A stretch of DNA of 64,000 nucleotides. Source: Actinomycetota bacterium. GTDB lineage: Bacteria; Actinomycetota; Geothermincolia; Geothermincolales; RBG-13-55-18. Location of the stretch: positions 9,825 through 73,824 of the forward strand of contig JACIXB010000023.1 in the NCBI GenBank assembly GCA_014360685.1, read 5' to 3'. Numbering within the stretch: the first letter of the stretch is position 1; the number at the start of each line of letters is the position of its first letter. Below are positions 63,871-64,000 of the stretch, one piece after another. Both the position numbers and the translations under genes were made by a program. The notes under the pieces were generated by a model. It saw nothing but the letters and a program-made list of their open reading frames with translations. It did no database searches and was not told the DNA's origin.

Positions 63871-64000
63871 AGCATTTATATACCCAATCGTAATAAACTA
63901 TGCACATCCTATACACGACGATCCTACAAGTTCGGGCTGCGGGAAGGAAGTGGGCGGGCTTGCCGGCGGAAGGTAGTCCACCGGCTTCCGGAGAAATTTA

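Overview
High-GC bacterial chromosomal window with about 50 protein genes, one RNase P RNA (rnpB, 60197..60590), and no rRNA, tRNA, CRISPR array, transposase or integrase. Gene content points to an anaerobe: NuoF-like and Fe-S subunits, tungsten-type aldehyde:ferredoxin oxidoreductase, 4-hydroxybutyryl-CoA dehydratase, a 2-hydroxyacyl-CoA-dehydratase-family pair, flavodoxin and many Fe-S proteins. The Nif3 / Zn-ribbon / RNase H / histidine-phosphatase synteny and the leaderless-looking promoters suggest Actinomycetota, but this is inference only. The left third (1..16 kb) is mostly housekeeping. The centre (16.9..42 kb) is an accessory-looking redox and acyl-CoA island. Main observations: (1) An uncharacterised ~360-aa GGR-like flavoprotein family has four paralogues, three of them in tandem. 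(2) A ~105-bp MITE-like element with 21-bp terminal inverted repeats occurs twice. Each copy is fused to a gene 3' end and supplies its stop codon. Together the copies bracket a 6.6-kb cassette: flavodoxin, abfD-like and TetR on one strand, and a Tat-exported DUF362 lipoprotein with a NapH/NapG-like module on the other. (3) A related imperfect palindromic operator sits just after near-consensus promoters at the TetR locus and 12 kb away at a GlcDEF-like operon, which predicts one regulon. (4) At least four single-nucleotide indels break otherwise intact genes, mostly at short homopolymer or purine-rich runs. These are either assembly errors or very recent pseudogenes. Most other long ORFs in the six-frame track are antisense shadows typical of high-GC DNA. 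All family assignments come from reading motifs by eye and no database search was run.
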